The notes: generated by a model not told the origin, from the sequence alone. A DNA stretch of 64,000 nt from an uncultured delta proteobacterium (GCA_963736855.1 CAVTQK010000013.1:32001-96000), one strand, 5' to 3'; shown: positions 1-10,649, counted from the stretch's first letter. Numbers and translations: made by a program.

Positions 1-592
1 CCATGCCCAACACATAGGTCGGGGTGGCCATCATGGCGGTTGCCTTGAGCTCCTGGATCTTCAGAATCCGGGCGGCTGTATCCAGAACTCCGCCGGGAAC
101 GACCTCGCAACCGATCTTTTCCGCTGCATAGTGTCCGGCCCAAAAGGCCACAAAGACATTGTAGCCGAAAGGAATGAATACCCGGTCTTTGGGCCGATAG
201 CCCTGGGCCCAGAGGATGTAGGACCAGCATTCGGACCACCATTCCCAGTCCTGCCAGGTATCCGGCTGGTAAACCGCCTGGCCGGTGGTTCCGCTGGTCT
301 GACGGAATTCCGTCACCTCTTCGAGGGGAACACAAAGGGCATCACCGTAAGGGAAGGGGTCTTTTCTCTGGATATCGCGCATCATGCTTTTTTCCACTTT
401 GGGAATATGGCTGATTTCATCCATGGAGCGGATATCATCGGGCGATATCCCTGCCTCATCATAAAGGTGCCGGTGAAACCGGGAGCGCTCATAGGCCCAT
501 GAAAAAATTTTTTTAAATTTCCGGAACTGAAGCTCACGGAGGCGTTGACGGGGCAATCTTTCGAGTAGGGGATTCCAATAGCGTTGATCCAT
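1..592 (-). CDS. Phenylacetate-CoA ligase (PaaK-like) family protein, N-terminal part; runs off the window start
   Basis: Manual minus-strand translation from ATG at 592: MDQRYWNPLLERLPRQRLRELQ...FRQTSGTTGQ...FGYNVFVAFW...ATPTYVLGM. Contains the TSGTTG adenylation P-loop and the PaaK-type N-terminus. Absent from the ORF track because it is open at the edge. Confidence 0.85.
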   Translation of the reverse strand, partial: MDQRYWNPLLERLPRQRLRELQFRKFKKIFSWAYERSRFHRHLYDEAGISPDDIRSMDEISHIPKVEKSMMRDIQRKDPFPYGDALCVPLEEVTEFRQTSGTTGQAVYQPDTWQDWEWWSECWSYILWAQGYRPKDRVFIPFGYNVFVAFWAGHYAAEKIGCEVVPGGVLDTAARILKIQELKATAMMATPTYVLGM

Positions 593-938
593 ATTCGGTG
601 CCTTTGTTTTTTTATCCGTTGCGTTTATTCATCAGGGCAATGCAAGGTGCATACTCGCCATTAAAAACCACCAAGTCAAGAAGGCAGTCTCCCAAACATC
701 GGGGTCAAATTTTTTCAAAAAAATTATCTTTAAATAATATGGATAATAATCTGCTGTCTGATAGGGTTCAACTTTTTCCGATCTCGTAGCTCGACCGGAT
801 AAAAGTGTCTTTGGGTATTTAACTTGACAGTCGGAAACCTCTCTTGATACTCACATTATAGCTGTTTCAAAGCATGGAGTAAAGTCTCTGGGGGACTGTT
901 ACCGAATATATGAACTCGAAACCAAAGGAGGATCGGAA

Positions 939-1964
939 ATGAAAGCAGGCAAATGGGTTGTTTGTGTCTCGTTGATGATGCTGGCAGGTTTCCTTCTTGC
1001 CGCATCACCGGTTTTCGCCCAGGCAAAACCGATTGAATTGACCTACTCGAATTTTTTCCCCGCCCCTCATAAAAATGCGGTCCTTTCCGTCGAATGGGGC
1101 AAAGAGATCGAGAAAAGGACCAACGGCAAAGTTAAAGTGACGGTGTTCCCGGGAGGAACTTTGACGCCGGCAGCCCAGTGCTACGATGGGGTCGTCAAGG
1201 GCCTTTCTGATGTCGGTTTGTCTGTTTTGGGCTACACGCGGGGAAGGTTTCCCCTGACCGAGGTCATCGATCTACCCCTTGGTTATGAAAACGCTCTAGA
1301 GGCAACCAAACTGATCAATATCTATTACAAAAAATTTCAACCCAAGGAATTGGATGACGTCAAAGTCATGTATCTGCACGCCCATGGTCCCGGACTTGTT
1401 CATACCAAAAAGCCCGTCGCCAAGCTGGAAGACCTTAAAGGTTTGAAGATTTCATGCCATGGTCTCAGCGCCAAGATCGTCGGCGCATTGGGTGGTGTTC
1501 CCGTGGCGATGCCGATGCCGGAGCGATATGATGCGATTCAAAAAGGTGTTGCCGAGGGAGGGGTGTTTCCTCTGGAATCACTGAAAGGCTGGAAGCTTGC
1601 AGAAGTCGTCAGTTCCACCACACTCAACTATGGATCGGCATATACCACAGGATTCTTCGTGGTCATGAACAAGGAAAAATGGAATGCCCTACCCCCGGAT
1701 ATTCAAAAAGTCATTGAAGCGATAAACGAAGAGTGGATCATCAAAACAGGCCAGGGATGGGACGAAATCGATAAGGAAGGAACGGCTTTGGCGGCCTCCA
1801 AAGGCCACAAAATTATCTCTCTTTCCAAAGAAGAGGATGCGCGATGGGCAAAGCTGGTTCAACCCATTCTGGATGATTACGTGAAAGCAATGAAGGAAAA
1901 GAATCTTCCGGGTGAAGAAGCGTTGAAATTCTGCCAGGATGAACTGAAAAAACTGAAAAAGTAA
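939..1964 (+). CDS. dctP: TRAP transporter substrate-binding protein (DctP family)
   Basis: Signal peptide; EKRTNGKVKV.VFPGGTL and VMNKEKWNALPPD motifs; followed by small and large TRAP permeases. Confidence 0.92.
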   Translation: MKAGKWVVCVSLMMLAGFLLAASPVFAQAKPIELTYSNFFPAPHKNAVLSVEWGKEIEKRTNGKVKVTVFPGGTLTPAAQCYDGVVKGLSDVGLSVLGYTRGRFPLTEVIDLPLGYENALEATKLINIYYKKFQPKELDDVKVMYLHAHGPGLVHTKKPVAKLEDLKGLKISCHGLSAKIVGALGGVPVAMPMPERYDAIQKGVAEGGVFPLESLKGWKLAEVVSSTTLNYGSAYTTGFFVVMNKEKWNALPPDIQKVIEAINEEWIIKTGQGWDEIDKEGTALAASKGHKIISLSKEEDARWAKLVQPILDDYVKAMKEKNLPGEEALKFCQDELKKLKK

Positions 1965-1975
1965 AATGAGAAACC

Positions 1976-2006
1976 GGAGGGGAGAGGGAACATTTCCCTC
2001 CCCTCC
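1976..2006 (+). other. Intergenic stem-loop between dctP and dctQ (mRNA stabiliser or attenuator)
   Basis: GGAGGGGAGAGGGAA-CAT-TTCCCTCCCCTCC inverted repeat. Confidence 0.5.
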
Positions 2007-2020
2007 CTTACAGGGGTTTC

Positions 2021-2503
2021 ATGGATTCATTTACTCGAAAAATCCAGTCTGTCAGCAAGCTTTTGAATATGATTGCCGGCATCAGTCTGACCTTCATCAT
2101 GTTTCTCACGGTCACAGATGTCATTTTGAGATATTTTAGAAAACCGATTACCGGAACTTATGAAATTGTGGCGTTTTCAGGGGCCATCGTGATCGGTTTT
2201 GCCGTTCCCTTGACCACGCTTCTCAAAGGACATGTCCTGGTGGATTTCTTAATTTTCAAGTTCCCCAAAAAAACCCGAAATATCTTCCATATTTTTACCC
2301 GTTGCATGGGCATTTTTCTTTTTTCCCTTCTCGGCTGGAACCTGATTAAAATGGGGATGGATCTCTATCGCAGCGGAGAGGTTTCTCTGACGTTGCAGAT
2401 TCCCTTTTACCCTGTCGCATTTGGTTTGGGTTTCAGTTGCTTCATCCAGTGTATTGTACTTGTCGCCCATATCTTTCAGGTTGTGGAGGGAAAATATGAG
2501 TGA
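2021..2503 (+). CDS. dctQ: TRAP transporter small permease
   Basis: Four TM helices; DVILRY..KPI.G..E and GHV.VD motifs. Confidence 0.9.
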   Translation: MDSFTRKIQSVSKLLNMIAGISLTFIMFLTVTDVILRYFRKPITGTYEIVAFSGAIVIGFAVPLTTLLKGHVLVDFLIFKFPKKTRNIFHIFTRCMGIFLFSLLGWNLIKMGMDLYRSGEVSLTLQIPFYPVAFGLGFSCFIQCIVLVAHIFQVVEGKYE

Positions 2504-3797
2504 AGTAATGGTCGGAATTTTGGGACTGACGCTGGTGCTGGTTCTTTTTCTAACGGGGATAGAACTCGGATTCGTCATGGCTTTTGTCGGCTTTCTGGGC
2601 TTCAGCTACATGGTTACCCTGAAGGCGGGATTGAATCTGTTGGCCAAAGATTTTTTTGACGTTTTTGCTTCTTACGGGTTCACGGTGATTCCTCTTTTTG
2701 TTCTCATGGGCCAAATCGCATTTAATGCGGGAATCGCCAAGCGGCTTTATGATTCGGCATACAAATTCATCGGTCACATTCCCGGCGGCCTGGCCATGGC
2801 GACAGTAGTCGGAGCGACCGTGTTCAAGGCTATTTGCGGTTCTTCCCCGGCAACCGCTGCAACTTTTGCCAGCGTTGCCGTACCGGAGATGGACCGCTAT
2901 AACTATAATCGGAAATTGTCTTCCGGAATCGTCGCAACGGTCGGAACCCTTGGAATTCTCATGCCTCCAAGCGTCACCCTGATCATTTTCGGCATCATCA
3001 CCGAACAGTCCATCGGAAAGCTTTTTTTAGCCGGCATTCTCCCCGGTCTGCTCATCGCCTTTTTCTTCATCTGCATTATTTTCATCTGGTGCAAATCCAA
3101 TCCTTCCCTCGGCCCAAAAGGTGAAAAGTCAAGCTGGAAAGAACGGGTTGCATCGCTTCCGGAGGTTTTTTGGGTAGTCATCATTTTTTTCCTCGTTATC
3201 GGGGGCCTCATGAAGGGCTTTTTCACCCCGACCGAAGCCGGCAGCGTGGGTACTTTTGCTGTATTGGTTCTATCTCTCATTAAAAGAGACCTTGGATTCA
3301 AGGGATATATCAAGGCCGTCGTGGAATCCCTGCGAACCGCCTGCATGGTCTTGCTGCTGATCGCGGGCTCGACAGTTCTGGGGCACTTCCTCGCCAGGAC
3401 CAAGATCCCCATGATCGCGGCTGATTGGATTATTTCCCTTCCACTGAACCGTAACATGATTATGATCATCATCAGCATTATCTATCTAATAGGAGGCTCC
3501 TTTATCGACGATTTGGCTTTTTTAGTCCTTGCCACACCCATTTTTTATCCCGCAATCATCAAGCTGGGGTACGATCCGATCTGGTTCGGCATTATCATCG
3601 CCATTACAGTTATGATCGGGGTCGTCATACCGCCTGTCGCCATCAACGTCTTTGTGGTCAAGGCCATTACAAAGATTCCTTTCAATGTGATCTACGCCGG
3701 AGTATACCCGTTTTTGCTGAGCCTGGTTTTTTGCGCATTTTTGCTTTTTTTATTCCCCCAGATAGCGACTTTTCTGCCGAATATGTTTATGCGGTAG
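2496..3797 (+). CDS. dctM: TRAP transporter large permease
   Basis: IPLFVLMG, GSSPAT, GTLGILMPPS and FTPTEA motifs. Start placed at ATG 2496 (GGAGG RBS), overlapping the dctQ end. Confidence 0.92.
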   Translation: MSEVMVGILGLTLVLVLFLTGIELGFVMAFVGFLGFSYMVTLKAGLNLLAKDFFDVFASYGFTVIPLFVLMGQIAFNAGIAKRLYDSAYKFIGHIPGGLAMATVVGATVFKAICGSSPATAATFASVAVPEMDRYNYNRKLSSGIVATVGTLGILMPPSVTLIIFGIITEQSIGKLFLAGILPGLLIAFFFICIIFIWCKSNPSLGPKGEKSSWKERVASLPEVFWVVIIFFLVIGGLMKGFFTPTEAGSVGTFAVLVLSLIKRDLGFKGYIKAVVESLRTACMVLLLIAGSTVLGHFLARTKIPMIAADWIISLPLNRNMIMIIISIIYLIGGSFIDDLAFLVLATPIFYPAIIKLGYDPIWFGIIIAITVMIGVVIPPVAINVFVVKAITKIPFNVIYAGVYPFLLSLVFCAFLLFLFPQIATFLPNMFMR

Positions 3798-4062
3798 ACT
3801 TCTTCCAACCGACTGAATTCGACAGCTATCAGCTCCGCTGCAGTTTTCGAAATACCAAGAATTTTCACAATAGACCCAATCCGCGATTTCTATCTGAAGA
3901 TTCAGATTCCGTCCACGCCACGTGAACATCACCATAGCGGGGAATCCTGCGGAAAACCCCTCTCGACCACCTCGTTTACTCGAACCGTTCCATGAAACCG
4001 GGGAAGGTCATTGGCCTCCGGGAGTTAAGATATTTCATTTCTGAATAATTACCTGCCTTTTA

Positions 4063-4106
4063 TTACATATATGTAAATCAAATATCGATAAATAACATAA
4101 ATGTAA
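4063..4106. promoter_or_regulatory. Tandem palindromic boxes, putative upstream activator sites for a sigma54 enhancer-binding protein
   Basis: Perfect palindrome TTACATATATGTAA (4063-4076) and degenerate copy TAACATAAATGTAA (4093-4106), 30 bp apart and ~90-130 bp upstream of a -24/-12 motif. Confidence 0.55.
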
Positions 4107-4193
4107 TTTTATTATTTCTGGATTAGCTCCCAGAAAATCAATTTTTAACATCATAACAGATCATTATATCAATCAACCGGGGATTAACGGGAT

Positions 4194-4209
4194 TGGCATA
4201 TGATTTGCA
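4194..4209 (+). promoter_or_regulatory. Sigma54 (-24/-12) promoter
   Basis: TGGCAT-ATGAT-TTGCA matches TGGCAC-N5-TTGCW with correct spacing; 60 bp upstream of the amt start. Confidence 0.75.
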
Positions 4210-4269
4210 TTTTTGAGATGCGGTTCTGGCAATCATCCAATCATGATGTAGAAAGGAGAAAACAGAGTC

Positions 4270-4611
4270 ATGAAATCTTCGATTTATTTCTTGGCGGCAA
4301 TGATGCTTTTTTACGGATTTTCCTGGGCAGGCGAGGAACCCCCGACACCCGCCTCCAACAAAGCCCTCATCGATCTGGTACAGTCCCATGCGGATTATAT
4401 TTGGACGCTTATTGCCGCAGCACTGGTATTTTTTATGCAGGCCGGATTCGCCATGGTGGAAACTGGTTTTACCCGGGCCAAAAACGCCATCAACATCATT
4501 TGGACATTCGTTCGGCCTCCGCCCGATTGGTGTCGGTCCGCCAGAATTGATCCCGATGACTGCTCATTTATTCTATTGACAACATATCGAGTTAATTTTA
4601 AAAAATTTTAA
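4270..4611 (+). pseudogene. amt: Truncated ammonium transporter (Amt), N-terminal fragment only
   Basis: Signal peptide, then DYIWTLIAAALVFFMQAGFAMVETGFTRAKNAINII (Amt TM1 signature). Homology stops abruptly near 4500; a full Amt is ~400+ aa. Confidence 0.85.
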
Positions 4612-4643
4612 AACAACTGAATCCGGAAAGGAGGTTTTTTGAC

Positions 4644-5423
4644 ATGAAAAAATGTACAGTTATGACTCTTGCTGCACTTTTGCTTTTTTCTATCTTTCCT
4701 CTAAACGGTCCTGCTTGGGGCCAAGGCGAACAAAAAGGGGCTTTGGATCCGGAAAACTTCAGCGCTACTTTAACCTTCACGTCGGATTATGTCTTCCGAG
4801 GAGTCTCTCAAACCGATGAGGAACCCGCAATCCAGGGTAGTTTCGATTACGCACATCCTGTCGGACTCTATTTGGGTATGTGGGGATCCAATGTGGATGA
4901 AGCCATCTCGGATGCAAACCTCGAAATCGATCTCTATGTAGGTTATCGGCGCGAACTTCTCAAGGATTTCAACCTGGATTTAACGGGTTACTACTATGCT
5001 TACCCCGGCAATGAAAAGGATCCCGATCCGGAGTTCATTGAACTCCACCTCGGTCTTTCCTATGCTTTTTCCGAAATGAAGCTTTCTCCCACCATCGGCA
5101 TCGGATACAACTATTCTCCGGACTTCTTCGGTGAAGACGGCGCTGCTCATTATATCAATGTTACGGGCGCATTGGCCCTGCCTTACGGTTTCAATGTTTA
5201 TGCAGAAGTAGGGTATCAGACCGTCGAAGGGGATAAACTCACCGGCAACGGTCAGGGACAGGACGGGGGAGATGGGTTTGATTATACCCATTGGAAAATA
5301 GGAGTCTCCAAGGAAGTCGTGGGCTTCAAACTGGACGCTGCTTTTCATAGTACCGGCGACGAAGAATTCCTGGGCGAAATCGGAGAAAATCGATTGGTCT
5401 TCACGATTTCCCGTTCTTTCTAA
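4644..5423 (+). CDS. TorF/TIGR02001-type putative outer-membrane porin
   Basis: Signal peptide; TSDYVFRGVSQT...PAIQGSFDYAH, EIDLYVGY; C-terminal Phe. This family is typically found next to amt/glnK. Confidence 0.85.
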   Translation: MKKCTVMTLAALLLFSIFPLNGPAWGQGEQKGALDPENFSATLTFTSDYVFRGVSQTDEEPAIQGSFDYAHPVGLYLGMWGSNVDEAISDANLEIDLYVGYRRELLKDFNLDLTGYYYAYPGNEKDPDPEFIELHLGLSYAFSEMKLSPTIGIGYNYSPDFFGEDGAAHYINVTGALALPYGFNVYAEVGYQTVEGDKLTGNGQGQDGGDGFDYTHWKIGVSKEVVGFKLDAAFHSTGDEEFLGEIGENRLVFTISRSF

Positions 5424-5454
5424 TCTCAACGACTTACCCGATCTAAGAATATCC

Positions 5455-5492
5455 AATAAAGGGCTTCCCGGATGCGGGAGGCCCTTTATTTT
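5455..5492 (+). terminator. Rho-independent terminator, possibly bidirectional
   Basis: AATAAAGGGCTTCCCG-GATG-CGGGAGGCCCTTTATTTT hairpin. Confidence 0.75.
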
Positions 5493-5639
5493 GATCAGAA
5501 CTCGCTTTTTTATTTGCGGATCGAGGGCGAGCGTGAATTGTGTTTTGCTGATAGTTGCACACCAGCCGAAAACCTGTTCGAAGACCAGGATCCGACAGGA
5601 CAGACCCTGAGAACATCGAGCCGGTCATGCTTTCATTCT

Positions 5640-5805
5640 TAATCTTCGTAAAAAGCTTTGTGAGCGCCATTCAAGTCTTTTCGAAAAGAGAGGAAAAGGG
5701 TTGAGCGTAAAATCTCAAGCTGTTGAGGCTTTGCGAGTTCTGAGATAAAAAGCTTTTTTGAAATGACTGCGGCGCGAGAAAAATCAGCCTTTTTACGATT
5801 TCGTC
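5640..5805. mobile_element. Degenerate MITE copy (GATGRCTTCGTAAAAAG terminal-repeat family)
   Basis: Ends CTTCGTAAAAAGC ... CTTTTTACGATTTCGTC; internal similarity to the 25469 copy; followed by AATATT. Confidence 0.7.
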
Positions 5806-8783
5806 AATATTACGGCGATGGATTTTTTGCCGTCCACCCGGATGGAAAGGGGTTTATCCAATCGGACATGCCGGACGAAAGGAGTTTCCGATACGGCAGG
5901 CAAGGTATTCAGCCAGCTCCAGTCGATGAAATCCTCTCCCTCTTCGGTGACGGTCAGGTAACTGATTCCCAAGGACGTGATGTTGTGAAAAAAATGAGAT
6001 CCGTAAGACGGGTCCGCCCGAAGTTTCGAGGTTCGGTTCTCGATAAAGGATCCCACCATGGAGATGTCGTTCCAGGCCACCGGTATCCCCAGCCACCGGT
6101 CGGCCGAACCCCATCTTCCCGGACCGATGAGCAAATAGCGGCGAGCATTTTGGATCATGAATTTGTTCAACGAGCCGATCTCCCGGGCGATCTCCACCGT
6201 CCTGGCCGCATCGAAGGCATCCGGCTTGACAAAAAGAATATCTTCAATATCATCGCGCACGCCGTATCCAAGCGCCATGGACGAAAAGCAAAAGGCCCTC
6301 GAAATCTCCGCGGAGGTAATGTCCACATCCATGCGGTTCTGAAACAAGGCCATGGGCCGGATCTGGAGCAGGGTAAATTCGGGCTTTTCGGTAGCGGAAA
6401 CCGGGAAGTTGACTGCAAACTCGATTTCGACCGGGGAGGCCATTCCCTCTTCCCCCATCTTCAGCACATCGTTGAGAATTTCGGGAAGGGGAAAGGAGCC
6501 GTATTTTAAAATACCGGCAAAGGTCAACACCGGGGTCCCTTCTCCCAAGTAAGAATCCCGAATGCGATGCTCCTGTGGGAAATAGGTGCTCAACAGACTT
6601 TTCATCGTAACATGGCGGGGATCTTCGGCAAATTCCGCAATTTCAAGCTGTATCAACGAAGGGTCCTCCCCTTTCAACGCCTCTTGGGCAAAATTTTCCG
6701 GCGAATCCTTCAGTTGTATGGCAAAAAAATGTCGCTGGGCGTTTTTCAGGATGTCCTCCACTGTCGAAAACTGGGGAAGGAACTGGGGATGTCTTGGGGA
6801 AAAACGCAGAACATTCAATCCCTCCACTACGGTCTTCCCCAAACCGGCCGCGATGTGGGCGATCCCTTCATCGGCCTTTATATGACCGACGGGGTAGAAG
6901 TTGTAAGACTGGGCAACCCCGGAAACGGCGGGATAGTAATGATCGCCGCAGGTCGATCCGGTAAGCTTTTGGATCACCACTGCCATCTTCTCCTCCTCGA
7001 TCCGATGAACCGTGCTCTTGGAAAAAGAGCGCGGCGCCTCGTAGTACGTCGAAGAGAAGACGAGCTTGATGGCCTGGCTCAGATGACTCAAACGGACCCC
7101 GATATCGCTGTGATTGTTGGGCACCATGTATGTCCGGTAAAGACCGGCAAACGGTTGAAACATGGCATCTTCCAGGAGACTCGAAGAGCGGACGGCCAAG
7201 GGATAATGCGCACCGGTGAGGAACCGGCGCAGGTCATTTTCCAGCCAGTCGGGAAGCTGTCCTTTCAAAAAGAGGCTGGCAATTTCCGCATTTTTAAAGG
7301 AGCTGTCGGCCAGAGCTTTGAGGTCATTTTCCCGGATAAATTCGTCAAAGGCTTCGGTCGAAATCACCAGGGTCTTAGGAACTCCGATGGCTACATCGGG
7401 GTACTTTTCAAAAAGGCTCGCCTGTGCCTTGAAACGGGTGGCCATGAAAGCCAGCCCCCTGGCCTTTCCCCCTAAAGAGCCTTTCCCGATCTTAGCAAAC
7501 TCAGTCTCAAGATCGAACCCTTCCGAGGTAAAGTCGGCGATCACCCCTTTTTGGCGGGCAACCCGGCGATTGCGCAGGCACGCCACCAGATAATCCTTGT
7601 TCTCCCGGACGCTGGAAAAGTCGGTCACTTTGATAGGCTTGAGCTTTGCGGCCAACTCAATTTCGGATCGCGCCATCAGCCATGTGGAAAAATGATCCCG
7701 CAGGGCATGGTAATAAACCGATTCATCGGGGATCGAAGGGAGGATCCTTTCCAGGGCCAGCAGATTGGAAGCACGCGCCACCTCGGTTCCGTCGGGCATC
7801 TGGAAAACGAAGTCTCCGAACCCGAGATACTGCATGAAAAAGGAGCGGATATCCGTATGAAAGGTTGGCGAGTTCTTGTTCAGAAACAACGCCCCGAAGC
7901 CGTAAGCCTTTTCCCGGTTCTTTTCTTCCGAACTCATGATAAACAACGGAAGCTGGGGACGTTCACTCCGGACCCTGTTTATAAAAGTGAAACCGGCCTC
8001 CGGATCGAGCTTTCGATCCCTCGGAAACCGGACGTCTGACAAGACGCACAGCATATAACGCTGAAAAGACCTGAATAGATTTTCGGCATCTTCGTAGTTT
8101 AAGGCGTGCAATATCTTCGGCCGGGCGCGCATTTTTAGAATGCGATGCTCTTGATTCAAAGACTCTTCCATCACCGTCTGGGTCTGCGTCACCACTTCTT
8201 TGTATAGAAAGGGAAGCAGTGAAGAATAATAAACCGGTGAATCTTCCACCATTAGGATCACCCTGACCCGCGCCCTTTGGGTATCCGAAACCACGTTCAT
8301 CCGGTCTTCTTCATTTTTGATCATGGCTAAAAGGAGATCGGTGTTGCCTGTCCAGATGTAGGTTTTATCGATGGCATCCGGGTCTGCAGCCGGGTCGTCC
8401 ATGGGCATGCCTGTCGTGCCGTGAGTCAGGAGAAACACCGGTGTTTTCGGAAAACGCTCCTTGATGGTGCGGCCTAAATTTTTAGGCTCCATGTCCCCCA
8501 GACGGGGCATGGTCAGCACCAGATCGAATTTCTGCTGGGACATCCTGTTGAGCGCCTCCTGGGCGGTGGAGACCCAGGTCAGCCTGGGGGGACGGGTGAG
8601 ATTGAGGCCGCGGTATTCATGAATGATCCGCTCGGCCAGTCGGCCGTCTTCTTCCATGATGAAGGCATCGTAGGGGCTGGAAACCAGGAGGATTTCACTC
8701 ACCCTCTTGGCCATCAGGTCGTAATAGATTTTGAATGAAGAGTCGAACGGGTCGTTATCGTTTGAGGTAAAGATGTCGGACAT
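5793..8783 (-). CDS. PEP/pyruvate-binding (PPDK_N-type) domain protein with N-terminal receiver-like domains
   Basis: GSLGGKARGLAF, PLAVRSSSLLED..FAGLY.T, EEKMAV.IQ, VEIEFA and LLQIRPM motifs; N-terminal ILLVSS.YD and ILMVEDSP receiver-like segments. Confidence 0.85.
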   Translation of the reverse strand: MSDIFTSNDNDPFDSSFKIYYDLMAKRVSEILLVSSPYDAFIMEEDGRLAERIIHEYRGLNLTRPPRLTWVSTAQEALNRMSQQKFDLVLTMPRLGDMEPKNLGRTIKERFPKTPVFLLTHGTTGMPMDDPAADPDAIDKTYIWTGNTDLLLAMIKNEEDRMNVVSDTQRARVRVILMVEDSPVYYSSLLPFLYKEVVTQTQTVMEESLNQEHRILKMRARPKILHALNYEDAENLFRSFQRYMLCVLSDVRFPRDRKLDPEAGFTFINRVRSERPQLPLFIMSSEEKNREKAYGFGALFLNKNSPTFHTDIRSFFMQYLGFGDFVFQMPDGTEVARASNLLALERILPSIPDESVYYHALRDHFSTWLMARSEIELAAKLKPIKVTDFSSVRENKDYLVACLRNRRVARQKGVIADFTSEGFDLETEFAKIGKGSLGGKARGLAFMATRFKAQASLFEKYPDVAIGVPKTLVISTEAFDEFIRENDLKALADSSFKNAEIASLFLKGQLPDWLENDLRRFLTGAHYPLAVRSSSLLEDAMFQPFAGLYRTYMVPNNHSDIGVRLSHLSQAIKLVFSSTYYEAPRSFSKSTVHRIEEEKMAVVIQKLTGSTCGDHYYPAVSGVAQSYNFYPVGHIKADEGIAHIAAGLGKTVVEGLNVLRFSPRHPQFLPQFSTVEDILKNAQRHFFAIQLKDSPENFAQEALKGEDPSLIQLEIAEFAEDPRHVTMKSLLSTYFPQEHRIRDSYLGEGTPVLTFAGILKYGSFPLPEILNDVLKMGEEGMASPVEIEFAVNFPVSATEKPEFTLLQIRPMALFQNRMDVDITSAEISRAFCFSSMALGYGVRDDIEDILFVKPDAFDAARTVEIAREIGSLNKFMIQNARRYLLIGPGRWGSADRWLGIPVAWNDISMVGSFIENRTSKLRADPSYGSHFFHNITSLGISYLTVTEEGEDFIDWSWLNTLPAVSETPFVRHVRLDKPLSIRVDGKKSIAVILTKS

Positions 8784-8946
8784 CGCGTTATCTTTGTGTT
8801 TTTAAAAAAACCACCATCTCGTTTTATCTTTGATTGGACAGGCTGTTTTGTCAAGTCATTATTGGGTGTTACAATTTTTTCCGGCGCCTTGACAAAACAA
8901 AACCAACCGGTGTAGCCTCAGGCCATATGGAAAAAGGAAACCGGAT

Positions 8947-10633
8947 TTGAAAATCGGACTGGCGCAAATCAATCCCGTCATCGGGGACTATCCCTGCAAC
9001 GCTGAAAAGATCGTCGCTTTTGCCGACCGCGCGAGGGGTATGGGTTGTGATCTGGTGGTTTTTCCGGAACTGTCCCTTTGCGGATATCCGCCGCGAGACC
9101 TTCTGGAAAAAAGGGATTTCGTGGATGCCGGACTGGTTTGCCTCCATCGACTCATCGAATCGATACGAGGCATCGGGGTCATCTGCGGTTCTGTAGATAA
9201 AAATCCCAATCCGGGTGGAAACGCTCTTTTCAATTCCGCCGTCCTGTTCGAAGACGGAAAGCGTTTGCACCAGGTGCAAAAACGACTCCTGCCCGTCTAT
9301 GATGTTTTTGACGAGCGGAGGCATTTCGAACCGGGAACAAGCAACGAAACTTTTTCTTACAAGGGACGCTGCATCGGAATTTCCATTTGTGAAGACGCTT
9401 GGAACGATAAAGATTTTTTTTCAAGGCGGATCTATTCCGCCGATCCGGTCAGCCAGTTGGTGGAAAGCGGGGCGGATCTTCTCGTCAATATCTCCGCCTC
9501 ACCCTTTTTCATGGGTAAAAACCGTTTCCGCTCGGAAATGTTGGGCTCCATCGCAAAAAAATACGGCACCTGGTTGATCTACGTGAACCAAGTGGGCGGC
9601 AACGACTCCGTTTTATTCGACGGCTTAAGCTTCGCCCTCAATCCCTCCGGTGCCTGTGTCGCGGCCGCCCGGGACTTTGCGGAAGACCTCGTCGTCGTGG
9701 ACATCGACAAATGCGGTGGAGATATTCATCCGGTCTCCGACGACGATATAGAAGCTGTCCGGAAAGCCCTGGTCATGGGAACCGCCGACTATGTGACCAA
9801 GTGCGGCTTTTCCAAAGTGATCCTCGGTTTAAGCGGCGGGATCGACTCGGCCCTGGTGGCCTGCATCGCCCAAGAAGCCCTGGGAAAAGAGAATGTCACC
9901 GCCGTCTTCATGCCCTCGCGCTACACCTCCAAAGACAATTTCGAAGACACCCGGGCACTGGCGGAAAACCTAAATATTGCATGGATTGTGCATCCCATTA
10001 ATCCCATATTCGATGCCTTCCTCCCCGGCATATCTCCCCATTTCGACCCCGGTCGGCCCGGCGTCACGGAGCAAAACATCCAGGCCCGGATCCGGGGAAC
10101 GCTTCTCATGGCCATTTCCAACCGGGACGGCGCCATGTTGCTTTCCACTGGAAACAAGTCCGAATTGGCCATGGGCTACTGCACCCTCTACGGCGACATG
10201 AACGGCGGCCTGGCGGTCATTTCGGATGTTCCAAAAACCCTAGTTTATCGGCTAGCCAGACGGATTAATTCCGAAAAAGAGATTATACCCGAACGGATCT
10301 TTGAAAAAGCCCCGTCTGCAGAGCTATGCGCCGGACCAAAGAGATGAAGATGACCTTCCCCCATACGAAACCCTGGATCCCATTCTCAAGGCTTACATCG
10401 AAGATCAAAAAAGCGCTTGTGAAATGATCAAAATGGGGATGGATTCAAAGCTGGTGGAGCGTGTGATCCGACAGGTGGATCGGAACGAATACAAACGGTA
10501 TCAGGCCCCTCCGGGGCTGAAAGTTACTTCCAAGGCATTCGGATACGGGAGAAGATTCCCTATCGCCCAGCGCTATAAACTTACAGGTTCAAAAGAATAC
10601 CAGTTTCCCGAAGCTCCCGGAACATCTTCTTAA
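8947..10633 (+). CDS. nadE: Glutamine-dependent NAD+ synthetase, split by a 1-bp frameshift near 10326 (likely sequencing error)
   Basis: Nitrilase domain (FPEL, ICEDAW), GLSGGIDS, TGNKSE..GY.TLYGD. The PSAEL|.PDQRDEDDLPPY motif continues in the 10301..10633 frame. Confidence 0.9.
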
Positions 10634-10649
10634 CACTCTAAGAAAAAAT

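Noticed and set aside
3800..4030. Possible riboswitch or ncRNA downstream of dctM
   Set aside because: No recognisable conserved motif or stable architecture by eye; an Rfam scan would be needed.
5763..8039. Long antisense ORFs (for example 5763..6509 and 6567..7475; likewise 33675..34799, 51711..52598, 58842..59642)
   Set aside because: Shadow frames opposite well-supported genes, with no recognisable motifs.
10301..10347. Programmed frameshift in nadE
   Set aside because: No slippery heptamer at the site, and similar 1-bp indels occur across unrelated genes.
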